From Bacteroidales bacterium (GTDB lineage Bacteria > Bacteroidota > Bacteroidia > Bacteroidales > UBA12077), in contig JANQHR010000052.1 of the NCBI GenBank assembly GCA_028282585.1, positions 1 through 64,000 of the forward strand: 64,000 bases of DNA. Reading direction: 5' to 3'. The notes beneath the pieces were generated by a model. It was not told the DNA's origin and did no database searches. It saw only the letters and a list, made by a program, of their open reading frames with translations. Of this stretch, positions 49,317-58,605 are shown in pieces; the stretch's first letter is position 1, and each line of letters opens with the position of its first letter. A program made the position numbers and the translations under genes.

Positions 49317-50657
49317 ATGAAAATACTTTTAATAAATACTCCCCGGTCACCACATAATAAGATACTGGAATCTGCTCCGACAGAAGCAAAAAAGTTTATT
49401 CATAAAAAATTAATAGGGCCACCTCTTGGATTGATGACTGTTGCTGAAGCTGTTAAGGACTACGATGTTGTGTTTTTTGAAACCAAGGGGGAGTATGATT
49501 TATACCCGGATACAACTCCTCTGCTTGACCAACTAGTTTTAGATTTGCTAAATAAACATAAACCGGATATGGTTGGAACAACCACCATTGCTTCGGAATT
49601 TTATTATGCTATTGATATCTTTAAAACCGTTAAAACTTTTGATCCTGAAATTTTAACAGTTGCCGGGGGATTACATACAAGTTTATCACCAAATGATTTT
49701 ACAGATCCTTGCGTTGATTTAATACTCCCAGGACAATCGGCTCATATTTTTAGAGAAGTTGTTGAAGCAAAGGAAAAAAACGAAGGTTTTGAAAATATAC
49801 CAGGAATCATCATAAATAAGAACGGGAAGTTGCATAAAACTAAAACCAGAACACATCATTTCAATTCAGCAAAAAATGATTTTTTAATGCCAGACAGAAA
49901 ATTAGTTGAACCATGGAGGAATAGCTATTTTGTGGGCAATGCCCCCCACCCTTCCACCTATTTATTTACCTCACTGGGATGCCCTTATAAATGTACATTT
50001 TGTTCTATATGGTGCCAGTATCAAGGTAAATATTTACAACGTGATGTAGAAAGTATTATTGCTGAATTAAAAGAAATCGACTATGAAATAGTTCGATTTG
50101 CAGATGCAAATACGATCGTTGATGAAAATTTGATTGATCATCTTTTCGACCGCATTGAACAAGAAGGAATTAAGAAAACATACATTATGGATATCAGAAC
50201 TGATACAGCAGTAAATAATCCTAAACTTATTGAAAAACTGGCTAAAAATGGGTTAAAAGTTGTAATCTGTGGGTTTGAATCATTCCGTGAGGAAGAATTG
50301 AAAAAATACAATAAAAGTTCTGAGGCTAAACTTATACACCAGGCCATAGATATCTTTCATCAAAACGATATTATGTTGCGGGGGAACTATGTTATTCCAA
50401 ACGATTATAACGAATCGGATTTTGAAGCTTTATCTGAATATACCAACTCCCACAGAGTTACCTACGCAGGTTACACAATACTTACCCCTATGCCTGGAAC
50501 TCCTTTCTACAATGAAATTAAAGGCCAGATAATTGATTTCGACCTTTCAAAATACAATTTTTTTAATAGTGTATTAAAAACTAAACTGCCTTTAGAAAAA
50601 TTTTATGAAAATGTGGGTAAACTTTGGTTAATCAAAAAAGGGACTGACGTAATTTAG
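49317..50657 (+). CDS. B12-binding radical SAM protein
   Basis: PPLGL, AGGLH, GCPYKCTFC, LTPMPGT. Confidence 0.92.
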   Translation: MKILLINTPRSPHNKILESAPTEAKKFIHKKLIGPPLGLMTVAEAVKDYDVVFFETKGEYDLYPDTTPLLDQLVLDLLNKHKPDMVGTTTIASEFYYAIDIFKTVKTFDPEILTVAGGLHTSLSPNDFTDPCVDLILPGQSAHIFREVVEAKEKNEGFENIPGIIINKNGKLHKTKTRTHHFNSAKNDFLMPDRKLVEPWRNSYFVGNAPHPSTYLFTSLGCPYKCTFCSIWCQYQGKYLQRDVESIIAELKEIDYEIVRFADANTIVDENLIDHLFDRIEQEGIKKTYIMDIRTDTAVNNPKLIEKLAKNGLKVVICGFESFREEELKKYNKSSEAKLIHQAIDIFHQNDIMLRGNYVIPNDYNESDFEALSEYTNSHRVTYAGYTILTPMPGTPFYNEIKGQIIDFDLSKYNFFNSVLKTKLPLEKFYENVGKLWLIKKGTDVI

Positions 50658-50783
50658 AAAACCTATTGATAGGTAAATTGAAGTCATTATTAACTCTTTA
50701 TTAGATCAATTTCATTAAAATTTAATCTATAATCTTTATTTTTTTAGTAAATTAGCTAATCACTAAAAATCTGGAGGTTTATT

Positions 50784-51161
50784 ATGAAACAAAAATTCAC
50801 AATTACAGGAATTATAACGATTTTTACTATTTTACTTTTCTCTACGGGTGCCTTTGCAAACAAAACTTCAGTTACCATTGTTGCTCCTGAAAAAGCGGAA
50901 AAAGGTAGTGAAATTACTGTAAAAATAGAAGTTAAACACATGGGTAACACTAAAGGGCATCACACTGATTGGGTATGGTTAAAAGTTAATGGTGAAGAAG
51001 TTAAAAGATGGGAGTATTCAAAAGCCGACTTGCCTGAAAGCCAAAATTTTACTTTAGAATACAAAGTTAAAGCAGATTCAAATCTTGAAATTATAGCAGA
51101 AGGAAACTGTAACAAACACGGTTCTAAAGGCACTGACAAAGTTACTGTTAAAGTTGATTAA
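50784..51161 (+). CDS. Exported desulfoferrodoxin/superoxide reductase-like domain protein
   Basis: Signal peptide; KH...HHTDW...CNKHG. Confidence 0.7.
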   Translation: MKQKFTITGIITIFTILLFSTGAFANKTSVTIVAPEKAEKGSEITVKIEVKHMGNTKGHHTDWVWLKVNGEEVKRWEYSKADLPESQNFTLEYKVKADSNLEIIAEGNCNKHGSKGTDKVTVKVD

Positions 51162-51172
51162 AATAACAAACC

Positions 51173-51355
51173 ATGTTTGGGATTGATATTATTCTATGGC
51201 TTGGAGTAATAAATTTATTCCTTGTGTTATTCCAGTTGTTAAGTGGATTAAGAGTATTGAAAGTAAAATATAAAACCCATAAAAGAATGGGAATTTTACT
51301 TTTCTTTACTGCTTTTATTCATGGGATTTATGCTATTGTAAGTTACTATATTTAA
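51173..51355 (+). CDS. Small two-TM membrane protein with two His residues
   Basis: FQLLSG, HKRMG, IHG. Confidence 0.7.
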   Translation: MFGIDIILWLGVINLFLVLFQLLSGLRVLKVKYKTHKRMGILLFFTAFIHGIYAIVSYYI

Positions 51356-51384
51356 TTTATAACCAACTATTTAAATATTAAATT

Positions 51385-51996
51385 ATGAAAATTTTAAAAA
51401 CTGTTTTTGTTGCTCTTATTATTTTTGGGGCAATTACTGTTCAAGCACAAAAAATTAAAGTTACGCAGGGAAGTTTAGACTTTTTAAAAGGGCAAACTGC
51501 AGTATTACTTGAGTACGACTATAGCAATATGGCTGTTGGTAAATTTGATAAGGAAGAAGATTATATTGCTAAAAAAGTAGCTGAATATAATGAAAAAGAA
51601 GCCGGAAAAGGAGACATTTGGAAACAAAGTTGGTTTAGTGACCGGGAAGAAAGGTTTCATCCTATGTTTGAGAAACTTTTAACTGAATATACTAAGGGTA
51701 CCGGATGTAAATTTTCTCAAAATTCTACGGCTGATTATAAGTTAATTTTGCGAACAACTTTTACCGAACCTGGTTGGAACATTGGAGTTTCCAGAAGAGA
51801 TGCTATGATTAATGTTGAAATTCAGTTTGTAGAAACTGCAAATCCGGAAAGCGTTTTAGCTGTAATGACTATGGATAAAATCCCTGGTCGTGGTGCAATG
51901 GGTAATGATTATGATACTGGTTACAGAATTTCTGAAGCATATGCTAAATGCGGAAAATCGTTAGGTGATTACCTAAGCAAAAAAGTTTTTAAATAG
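51385..51996 (+). CDS. Hypothetical exported protein
   Basis: Signal peptide, 203 aa. Confidence 0.7.
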   Translation: MKILKTVFVALIIFGAITVQAQKIKVTQGSLDFLKGQTAVLLEYDYSNMAVGKFDKEEDYIAKKVAEYNEKEAGKGDIWKQSWFSDREERFHPMFEKLLTEYTKGTGCKFSQNSTADYKLILRTTFTEPGWNIGVSRRDAMINVEIQFVETANPESVLAVMTMDKIPGRGAMGNDYDTGYRISEAYAKCGKSLGDYLSKKVFK

Positions 51997-52016
51997 AAAG
52001 GTTGAATATTTTTAAG

Positions 52017-52048
52017 AGTAAGGAATCTTAATAAGATTCCTTACTTTT
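52017..52048. terminator. Terminator between convergent genes
   Basis: AGTAAGGAATCTTA-A-TAAGATTCCTTACTTTT. Confidence 0.75.
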
Positions 52049-52940
52049 ATATTTTATACGCTGATCTTAACTTGTAATCTCCCTTTATAAACCTGGAAAT
52101 TTTCTTCAAGTCTTTTCCTGCACCACATTCATACATATCATTTACACCTAATTCAACTAATTTCTGCATGGTTTTATGCCAGCTTATCTTTTCAGTTAAA
52201 TTAAAAACCAGCTCTTGTTTAATATCTTCTGCGGAAAATATTAAACGTTGATTATAAGTTGAAACTATAGGAACTTGTGGGTCATCAAATTCCAGTTTAT
52301 TTAAAACGGTTTTAAAAGGAATAGCAAACCTTGAAAGGTATTTGGAATGGTAAGGTGTATCTACTGTCAATTCTGCTGCTGTTAAGGCACCTTCCTCCTT
52401 TGACTTTTCCAATAAGATATTGATTTCCTTTTTCAAACCTGCAACAACCAAAGAATGCTCATTATTAACATTGATAATTTCAACTGATAAAGAGCTGGTT
52501 TGTATTAGTTCCTGCACATCTAAATAAGGCAAGCCAATAATAGCTCCCATTCCATATAATCCTGTTTTTGTTAGCTCATATAATAAATGATAGGCATCAA
52601 AAATTAATTTAGCTCCGGTTTCAAATTTTATGGATTTTGAAGAATAAAGAGATGCGTAAACACCCATGCTATATCCGGCCACAAAATCAGGAATAATACT
52701 TTTTTGCTTTAATACATCATAGTAAGTACAACTAAATGTATAAGCTAATAATTGAGAAGTTAATTCTTCTCGAAACAAATCATTTTTATAAGTAAAATCA
52801 GGAAAGTCAATATTGATAGTTTCCGAAATTATTTTTAAGTATTTCGTAGGGTTTAAACCATTATTTCTTAGAAAATCAATTTCTTTTCCTGTAAACTCCG
52901 TTATAAAAGCTGGAAAAATAAATGCCGTTTTGTTTTCCAT
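52047..52940 (-). CDS. Divergent ACP S-acyltransferase (FabD-like)
   Basis: AGYSMG nucleophile, TPYHS, ECGAG. Confidence 0.85.
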   Translation of the reverse strand: MENKTAFIFPAFITEFTGKEIDFLRNNGLNPTKYLKIISETINIDFPDFTYKNDLFREELTSQLLAYTFSCTYYDVLKQKSIIPDFVAGYSMGVYASLYSSKSIKFETGAKLIFDAYHLLYELTKTGLYGMGAIIGLPYLDVQELIQTSSLSVEIINVNNEHSLVVAGLKKEINILLEKSKEEGALTAAELTVDTPYHSKYLSRFAIPFKTVLNKLEFDDPQVPIVSTYNQRLIFSAEDIKQELVFNLTEKISWHKTMQKLVELGVNDMYECGAGKDLKKISRFIKGDYKLRSAYKI

Positions 52941-52943
52941 CTT

Positions 52944-53315
52944 TTACGTTTTTACTAAAACTACCTTAAAAACTGCGTATACATCATTTGATTGTAAACT
53001 TGCAACTATTTTGTTAATTCCAAATTCAGACAAAATATTTTTAACAAGTTCAGATTTAATAATCTTGAAATTTCTTTTATCAGTGAATATAACCTCTATA
53101 TCCTTATAATCAACATCATTACTACTTAAAGCTTTATAAAAAGCTTCTTTAAAACAAAAGCCTTTTAAAAAGGCCTCCTTTCCGAAATATGAATAATTTT
53201 CAATTTCTTTTGCAGTAAAGATATCATATAATAAATCTGATAACTTTCCTTTTTCAAAGTAGTGCTTACTAAAACGATCTACTTCCTCTATATCAATACC
53301 ACAACCGTGAATCAT
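52944..53315 (-). CDS. Holo-ACP synthase (AcpS-type PPTase)
   Basis: GCGIDIEE, FCFKEAFYKA. Confidence 0.88.
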   Translation of the reverse strand: MIHGCGIDIEEVDRFSKHYFEKGKLSDLLYDIFTAKEIENYSYFGKEAFLKGFCFKEAFYKALSSNDVDYKDIEVIFTDKRNFKIIKSELVKNILSEFGINKIVASLQSNDVYAVFKVVLVKT

Positions 53316-53329
53316 CAGAACAGTGTACT

Positions 53330-53632
53330 CTAAAGATCTAAGATATTGTTTTCGTGTTCAATAATAAGCATTTGCATATCTATTAACTCGCCGATAGTTT
53401 TTACAGGGTTTTTCACTGCATATTTACCAATAGTCTTCAATTCGATATTTAAGCTATATTTCTTTTTAAATATTTCTATTAACTCAAGAAACATCAATGA
53501 ATCTCCATCCAAGTCGCCAATAATATTCGATTTCTCTGATATCTCACTTACCTCAACTTCACATTCCTCAGCAAAAAATTCCAACACGATCTCTTTTACT
53601 TCACTCCTGGTACTTTCTGTAATTTGGGCCAT
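53330..53632 (-). CDS. Acyl carrier protein
   Basis: DLDGDSLMFLEL. Confidence 0.85.
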   Translation of the reverse strand: MAQITESTRSEVKEIVLEFFAEECEVEVSEISEKSNIIGDLDGDSLMFLELIEIFKKKYSLNIELKTIGKYAVKNPVKTIGELIDMQMLIIEHENNILDL

Positions 53633-53640
53633 ATATATTG

Positions 53641-54039
53641 TTATTCTGTTATTAACTTATTAACTTCTTCTTTTGTAAGTTCTTGCCATTGTGGATTATC
53701 AAATTTTCCTTCGGTTATATCAAAACGTACCCTGAAAAAAGATTCGTGGTTAAAAGATAATTTGGTCTTTTTATCGGGTGTATGTTCGATATAAATTAAT
53801 TGGTTGTAATTAACCTCATATTTATCGCAAATCTGCTTTGCCAATTTTGTATTCCACTCTGTAATTGATGTTCCCGGGTTTTCTTCAAATAAATCCGTTG
53901 CAATTACAATGGTTTGGTTTGTTTTTTTTACGATTTTTAGCCCACAAATTGAAGGCACATCCCACAATCCTTTAAAATGATAAATTTGGTCTTGATAATT
54001 ATCTACTTTAGGTTTCATTTTAAAACAATTATTAAGCAA
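53641..54039 (-). CDS. Hypothetical protein
   Basis: 132-aa ORF in operon; NPGTSIT motif. Confidence 0.6.
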   Translation of the reverse strand: MLNNCFKMKPKVDNYQDQIYHFKGLWDVPSICGLKIVKKTNQTIVIATDLFEENPGTSITEWNTKLAKQICDKYEVNYNQLIYIEHTPDKKTKLSFNHESFFRVRFDITEGKFDNPQWQELTKEEVNKLITE

Positions 54040-55306
54040 TTTTATGTTTTACATTCTTACCAAAACTGGTTTTAGACAAATCTTGCCTTCTCTTTCTAAA
54101 TGTACCATCTTCTACCTCTCTTGAAACCACTTTCTTAAGTAATTTAAACATTTTCTCTTCTTGAGTTTCATCTTTGTAGAAGGTATCCCACGCATATTGG
54201 TATAACTCCTGTAACCTTTCGGCACTCATATGCTTAGGATGGTATACCACCTGCCCGGCATTGTAATCGTTCCAGTTTTTGTTGAAAATACGGTTCTGCT
54301 TTACAAGGTCATTATATGCCTTTGTATGAGGGAATGGTGCTAAAACAGTAAACTCCGCTAAATCTAAATCAATCTCTAACAAGAAATCAATTAATCGTTT
54401 AATATCATCTTCTGTTTGGTTATCAAGCCCTAACAAAATAGTTCCCTCCACTCCGATTCCATAATCATGATATTGCTTCACCCGGTTTTTTATATAATCG
54501 GATGTATCAAATACAGCTTGGTAAACATACCATGCACCAGCCTGGGCAGCTAAATCTAACACCTCTGGTTTATCTTCGATGGTATGACTACACCATTTTT
54601 TCTTCAACGGAATCATAGCTTTAAATAAGTCTTTTTCCCACTGCGTATCTTGCGCAAGTGAATTATCTACGATAAATAACCTATTGTTATCTATTGTTTC
54701 TAATTCTTCTATTGCTTTATCAATTGGCCTGGGCCTAAATTGTCGTCCACCTAAATATGAAACTGCACAAGGATAGCAGCTATACTTACAACCACGAGAT
54801 GCGTGGAATAAATCTACCATTTGAACGCCTTTATGATAGTATAGGTCTCTGTTATATAATTCACGTCTTGCCGGCCCTACGATTTCAATTGGAGGTAAAT
54901 CATTCATATGGTTATATACCTTTTTCAACTCACCATTCTTAAAATCTTTAAAAACTTGATCCATATGCCCTTCGGCCTCGCCTAAGAAAACGGAGTCGGC
55001 GTGTTCCATGGTTTCTTCTGCGTGCAACATAGAAGCAATGCCTCCAAAAATAACTTTTTTGCCGCGTTTTCTATACTCATCGGCTATTGCCCACCCACGT
55101 TTTATTTGAGTAGTTAACAACATAGAAATACCAACGAAGTCAACATCATCATCAAAACGCATTTCTTCTAAATTCTCGTCAATAAATTCTACCTCAAAAT
55201 CCTCTGGTATAGTTGCTGCAAAAACAATTGCCCCATGAGGCGGCAAGTTAAAAGTTGTTTGCCCCTCAAGCTTTCTCCATTTTGGAAATACTAATTGAAA
55301 TTTCAT
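54032..55306 (-). CDS. B12-binding radical SAM protein
   Basis: VIFGGI, SRGCKYSCYPC, LAPFPHT. Confidence 0.92.
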   Translation of the reverse strand: MKFQLVFPKWRKLEGQTTFNLPPHGAIVFAATIPEDFEVEFIDENLEEMRFDDDVDFVGISMLLTTQIKRGWAIADEYRKRGKKVIFGGIASMLHAEETMEHADSVFLGEAEGHMDQVFKDFKNGELKKVYNHMNDLPPIEIVGPARRELYNRDLYYHKGVQMVDLFHASRGCKYSCYPCAVSYLGGRQFRPRPIDKAIEELETIDNNRLFIVDNSLAQDTQWEKDLFKAMIPLKKKWCSHTIEDKPEVLDLAAQAGAWYVYQAVFDTSDYIKNRVKQYHDYGIGVEGTILLGLDNQTEDDIKRLIDFLLEIDLDLAEFTVLAPFPHTKAYNDLVKQNRIFNKNWNDYNAGQVVYHPKHMSAERLQELYQYAWDTFYKDETQEEKMFKLLKKVVSREVEDGTFRKRRQDLSKTSFGKNVKHKIA

Positions 55307-55361
55307 ATGCTATTTTTGGTTTTCTGCTTGTTTTATCGGATAAAAGTATCAAAAAAATATA

Positions 55362-56450
55362 CTATTCCAAACTATAATTTTTCTGCTCCATCCACCCCTT
55401 TAGGATATTGTTGATTTCCAGCCTATCTGCTTCCGGAATTGTGTATTTATTTTTTTGGTAATTCATTACCGAAATAAGGAATTCTTTTATTTGTTTCTCA
55501 AATTGTTCAGAAAATTCAACATTAAAGTGTTTATATAATTGCTTTAATTCCTTTAAAGGATCCTTTTCCAAATCCTCGAACTTTAATTCATAATACCTAT
55601 CATTTGGTAAAACTTTAGAATCATCCTCTAATTTGTTTACCATCAAATTAAGCACCTCGCTTACATCTTTAGTTGTTGGTTTTACCCACTTGTTATTCAT
55701 AGCATTTTGCGTGCCAACAATATCCCACATTCGCACAGTTGATGGCACAACTTTATAAGGATGCCTTATAATATGGATATACCGGGCTTTTGGAAAAATT
55801 TCATTTAAAACTTCTAACCTTAACGAATGAAAAGGATTTTTGATTAATATGGTTTTATTATTGCCAAGTGTTAACTTTTTATAAAAATAGATAAGTGCCT
55901 CTTTCCATTCTTTTAATTTTTCACCATACGGTAAAAATCCAGGAAAATCATTTAAAAAATATGTTTTCTTTTTAGGAAAAATAACTCTTTCCAATGGAGA
56001 ATAACCGGAAATCCTAAATAAGGCATACTCATCCTCAAGGGGCTCATCCATGCTTAACTTAACCTGGTCCATAGGCCTTGTTCCTTTTAAAGCTCTTCCC
56101 ATAATAGGTTCATAAGATTTTCTGGATGTTAAAAAGCTATCAGGAATTGACCCCTGAAAAACATTGGATGTAACCAAGTTTGAGTCAAGAGCTAAAAGTT
56201 GGTGTAAAAAAGTACTTCCTGTTCGCCAATGGCCTACTATAATAATTGGGTCTTCAGCTAATATGTGTGTCTCTATTTTATCTTTATAGATTGATATTTC
56301 TTTTCGGTGAAAAATAGAAGCCCAAATACCATTCTGAAAAAGAAATAAAAATCTTACCAAATACTTTGGACGTATAGCTATTCCATTTTTCAGAAGTAAT
56401 TTTATGAACCTGGAGAGCCTCATCCCCGCTATCAGGTAAGCACTTTTCAT
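55362..56450 (-). CDS. Sulfotransferase family protein
   Basis: GHWRTGSTFLH (5'-PSB), KNPFH, IRHPY...S (3'-PB). Confidence 0.9.
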   Translation of the reverse strand: MKSAYLIAGMRLSRFIKLLLKNGIAIRPKYLVRFLFLFQNGIWASIFHRKEISIYKDKIETHILAEDPIIIVGHWRTGSTFLHQLLALDSNLVTSNVFQGSIPDSFLTSRKSYEPIMGRALKGTRPMDQVKLSMDEPLEDEYALFRISGYSPLERVIFPKKKTYFLNDFPGFLPYGEKLKEWKEALIYFYKKLTLGNNKTILIKNPFHSLRLEVLNEIFPKARYIHIIRHPYKVVPSTVRMWDIVGTQNAMNNKWVKPTTKDVSEVLNLMVNKLEDDSKVLPNDRYYELKFEDLEKDPLKELKQLYKHFNVEFSEQFEKQIKEFLISVMNYQKNKYTIPEADRLEINNILKGWMEQKNYSLE

Positions 56451-56489
56451 CTGCTAATTTGGTTCGGAATTTAAATTCAAGAATTTCAA

Positions 56490-56765
56490 TTATTCTGATT
56501 TACTTTTAATAAAATCTGCAATAGAATTTACATTCTTCAAAACTTCGCGAGCAAGGTTTTGGTCATCAATGCGTACCTTAAAATCGCGTTGCACTGCCAT
56601 AACAAGCTCTATTGCATCAATTGAGTCTAATCCTAAAGTATTTTCTCCTCCGAAAAGTGGTAAATCATCCTCAATGTCCTCTGGCGTAACGTCTTGCATA
56701 TTTAAAGTCTCAACGATCATTTTTTTAATATCCGCCTTCAAATCAGTACCAATATTTTCTCCCAT
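56490..56765 (-). CDS. Acyl carrier protein
   Basis: LGLDSIDAIEL. Confidence 0.92.
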   Translation of the reverse strand: MGENIGTDLKADIKKMIVETLNMQDVTPEDIEDDLPLFGGENTLGLDSIDAIELVMAVQRDFKVRIDDQNLAREVLKNVNSIADFIKSKSE

Positions 56766-56777
56766 TCTTATCTTTTA

Positions 56778-57791
56778 TTAAATATTATTTACTACTAATT
56801 TAAGTTCTTTATAAAACGCTTCTTCAGCATCTGCTCTTTCATTAATCATCTGGCCAAGTTCTTGAAGTTTTTCAGGGCCTAAGTCCCTATTCTTTCCTAT
56901 CTTGGCTGCAAAGTAAGAAATATTTCTCCAACCATCTCCAATTTCCATCATCTTTTTTGACATATCCTCTAATCCTTTACTTTGAAGTATTTCGGAAGCT
57001 TGCCTGAGGAAAGTTGCATATAAAAATCTAAATCCACCTCCACCGGTTCCTTGGTCCTCAAGAAATACATTAATTTTCATTATTTCATGCGAAAGATGGT
57101 CAATATCTCTGGTTAATTTAGGCCAGCCTTGCAATTTTTTTGCAAAAGTTCTAATACCCCGTACTCCGATAAACGGTGGTTGTATCCCGATCATATTATT
57201 AATGGTATTCTTTAATGCAATCGGAATTAGCTTATAGTAATCAACGCTTTCCGGAACAGACTCAATGTAATATCTAAATCCTTTTGGTGCTAAATAACCA
57301 CCTGCAAATCTTGCTTTTCTGAGATTATCTTTATGAATTTTTGCTAATTTAGGAAAGTAACTATCACTAACTAAATATTCATCATCTTCTTTTCCTACAA
57401 TTGTTATAAAATGTATATTAGCATGAACCCTTTCCCATTGTGGAATATAATCCATATAGTAAAAATCAACCTGGCATGCCACTGGAATATTCTTTGAAAT
57501 CAGTTGATCTAACTCTTGTTCTGCCTCATCCTGACTTTTGAAACGCTTTATATTGAATTTAATATCAGTTCGTTTTGCAATCTTTTTTCTAAGCTTACCT
57601 GGTTTTGTTCTTAAAATAAACATCGGAAAATTTAAGTTGGGAGTATGGTTTAAATATCCAAAATACAATCCGCTTCCAAGTCCAAACATCATTGGTTCTG
57701 TAACTTCCAGACCTTTATGTTTTAATAATGCTGTTAAGGTACCGGACTCGCAATGAGCCGCCATATTGTGGTTAAAAGAATCTATAATCAT
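56778..57791 (-). CDS. BtrH N-terminal domain / DUF4872 protein
   Basis: AAHCESG catalytic Cys, H..TIVG, GTGGGGFRFLYA. Confidence 0.85.
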   Translation of the reverse strand: MIIDSFNHNMAAHCESGTLTALLKHKGLEVTEPMMFGLGSGLYFGYLNHTPNLNFPMFILRTKPGKLRKKIAKRTDIKFNIKRFKSQDEAEQELDQLISKNIPVACQVDFYYMDYIPQWERVHANIHFITIVGKEDDEYLVSDSYFPKLAKIHKDNLRKARFAGGYLAPKGFRYYIESVPESVDYYKLIPIALKNTINNMIGIQPPFIGVRGIRTFAKKLQGWPKLTRDIDHLSHEIMKINVFLEDQGTGGGGFRFLYATFLRQASEILQSKGLEDMSKKMMEIGDGWRNISYFAAKIGKNRDLGPEKLQELGQMINERADAEEAFYKELKLVVNNI

Positions 57792-58288
57792 TTTTTATTT
57801 AATTCAATTTTTGTAATTACAACAAATGGATTTTCTGTTCTGGTTTGTTTTAAAACAATAGGTTGCTTTGATTGATCCGTTCCAACTTTATTCTCATTAC
57901 CTTCAATTACGATTGTTTGCAGTAAATTAGAAACAGGAATATCAAATGCATAAGCATACTTTTTCAAATCAGATAATTTAGCTTTTTTAAAACCATCCAC
58001 TTTTTGATGTTGTTTCACCTTTCTAACCGAAACCTTTGTCCTCCTTGATAATTCTACATCACTAAAATCATGAATAGTTTTATAAAAATATATTGGTGTT
58101 ATTTCATTTTTCTTTAACTTTTCAAGCAATGAGTTTCTAAGCTTTACTGTTTTTTCCCAGAAATCGTCAAGATAATTCTTGGATATATAAGAACCAGTTT
58201 GGATTGGTCCATATGAGCCATCTTCTTTTTCAACATACATAATCAACTGTTGTGGCTCAAAATCAATATAAGCATCTTTTTCTTTCAT
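57788..58288 (-). CDS. HTH domain protein coupled to the BtrH-like gene
   Basis: ITPIYF...ELSRRTKVS...LKKYAYAFDI; 4-bp overlap with the downstream gene. Confidence 0.65.
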   Translation of the reverse strand: MKEKDAYIDFEPQQLIMYVEKEDGSYGPIQTGSYISKNYLDDFWEKTVKLRNSLLEKLKKNEITPIYFYKTIHDFSDVELSRRTKVSVRKVKQHQKVDGFKKAKLSDLKKYAYAFDIPVSNLLQTIVIEGNENKVGTDQSKQPIVLKQTRTENPFVVITKIELNKK

Positions 58289-58605
58289 TATAGTTTGTTT
58301 TGAAGGAAATTAGGCACACTAAAATAGTTCAAATAAAGCAATCGCCAAAATTAAATAAATTAAACAAATTATAAATTTGATTGTTAATGAAAATATATGG
58401 GCCTTTCAAAAAATTGTGCAAAGTTTTCAACTTTTTACACAATTAAATTTCATGTAATTTTTAGACTATTTGATAAAAATATTCGCTAAAACAAATGGTA
58501 TTCTAAGGAATATTAAAACTATTTATTAAATTTGCATTCTTATAAAAACGGCATAAGAACTAATAGGTTTATTTAAACCACTTTAACGCAAACCAAAGGA
58601 TAGAA

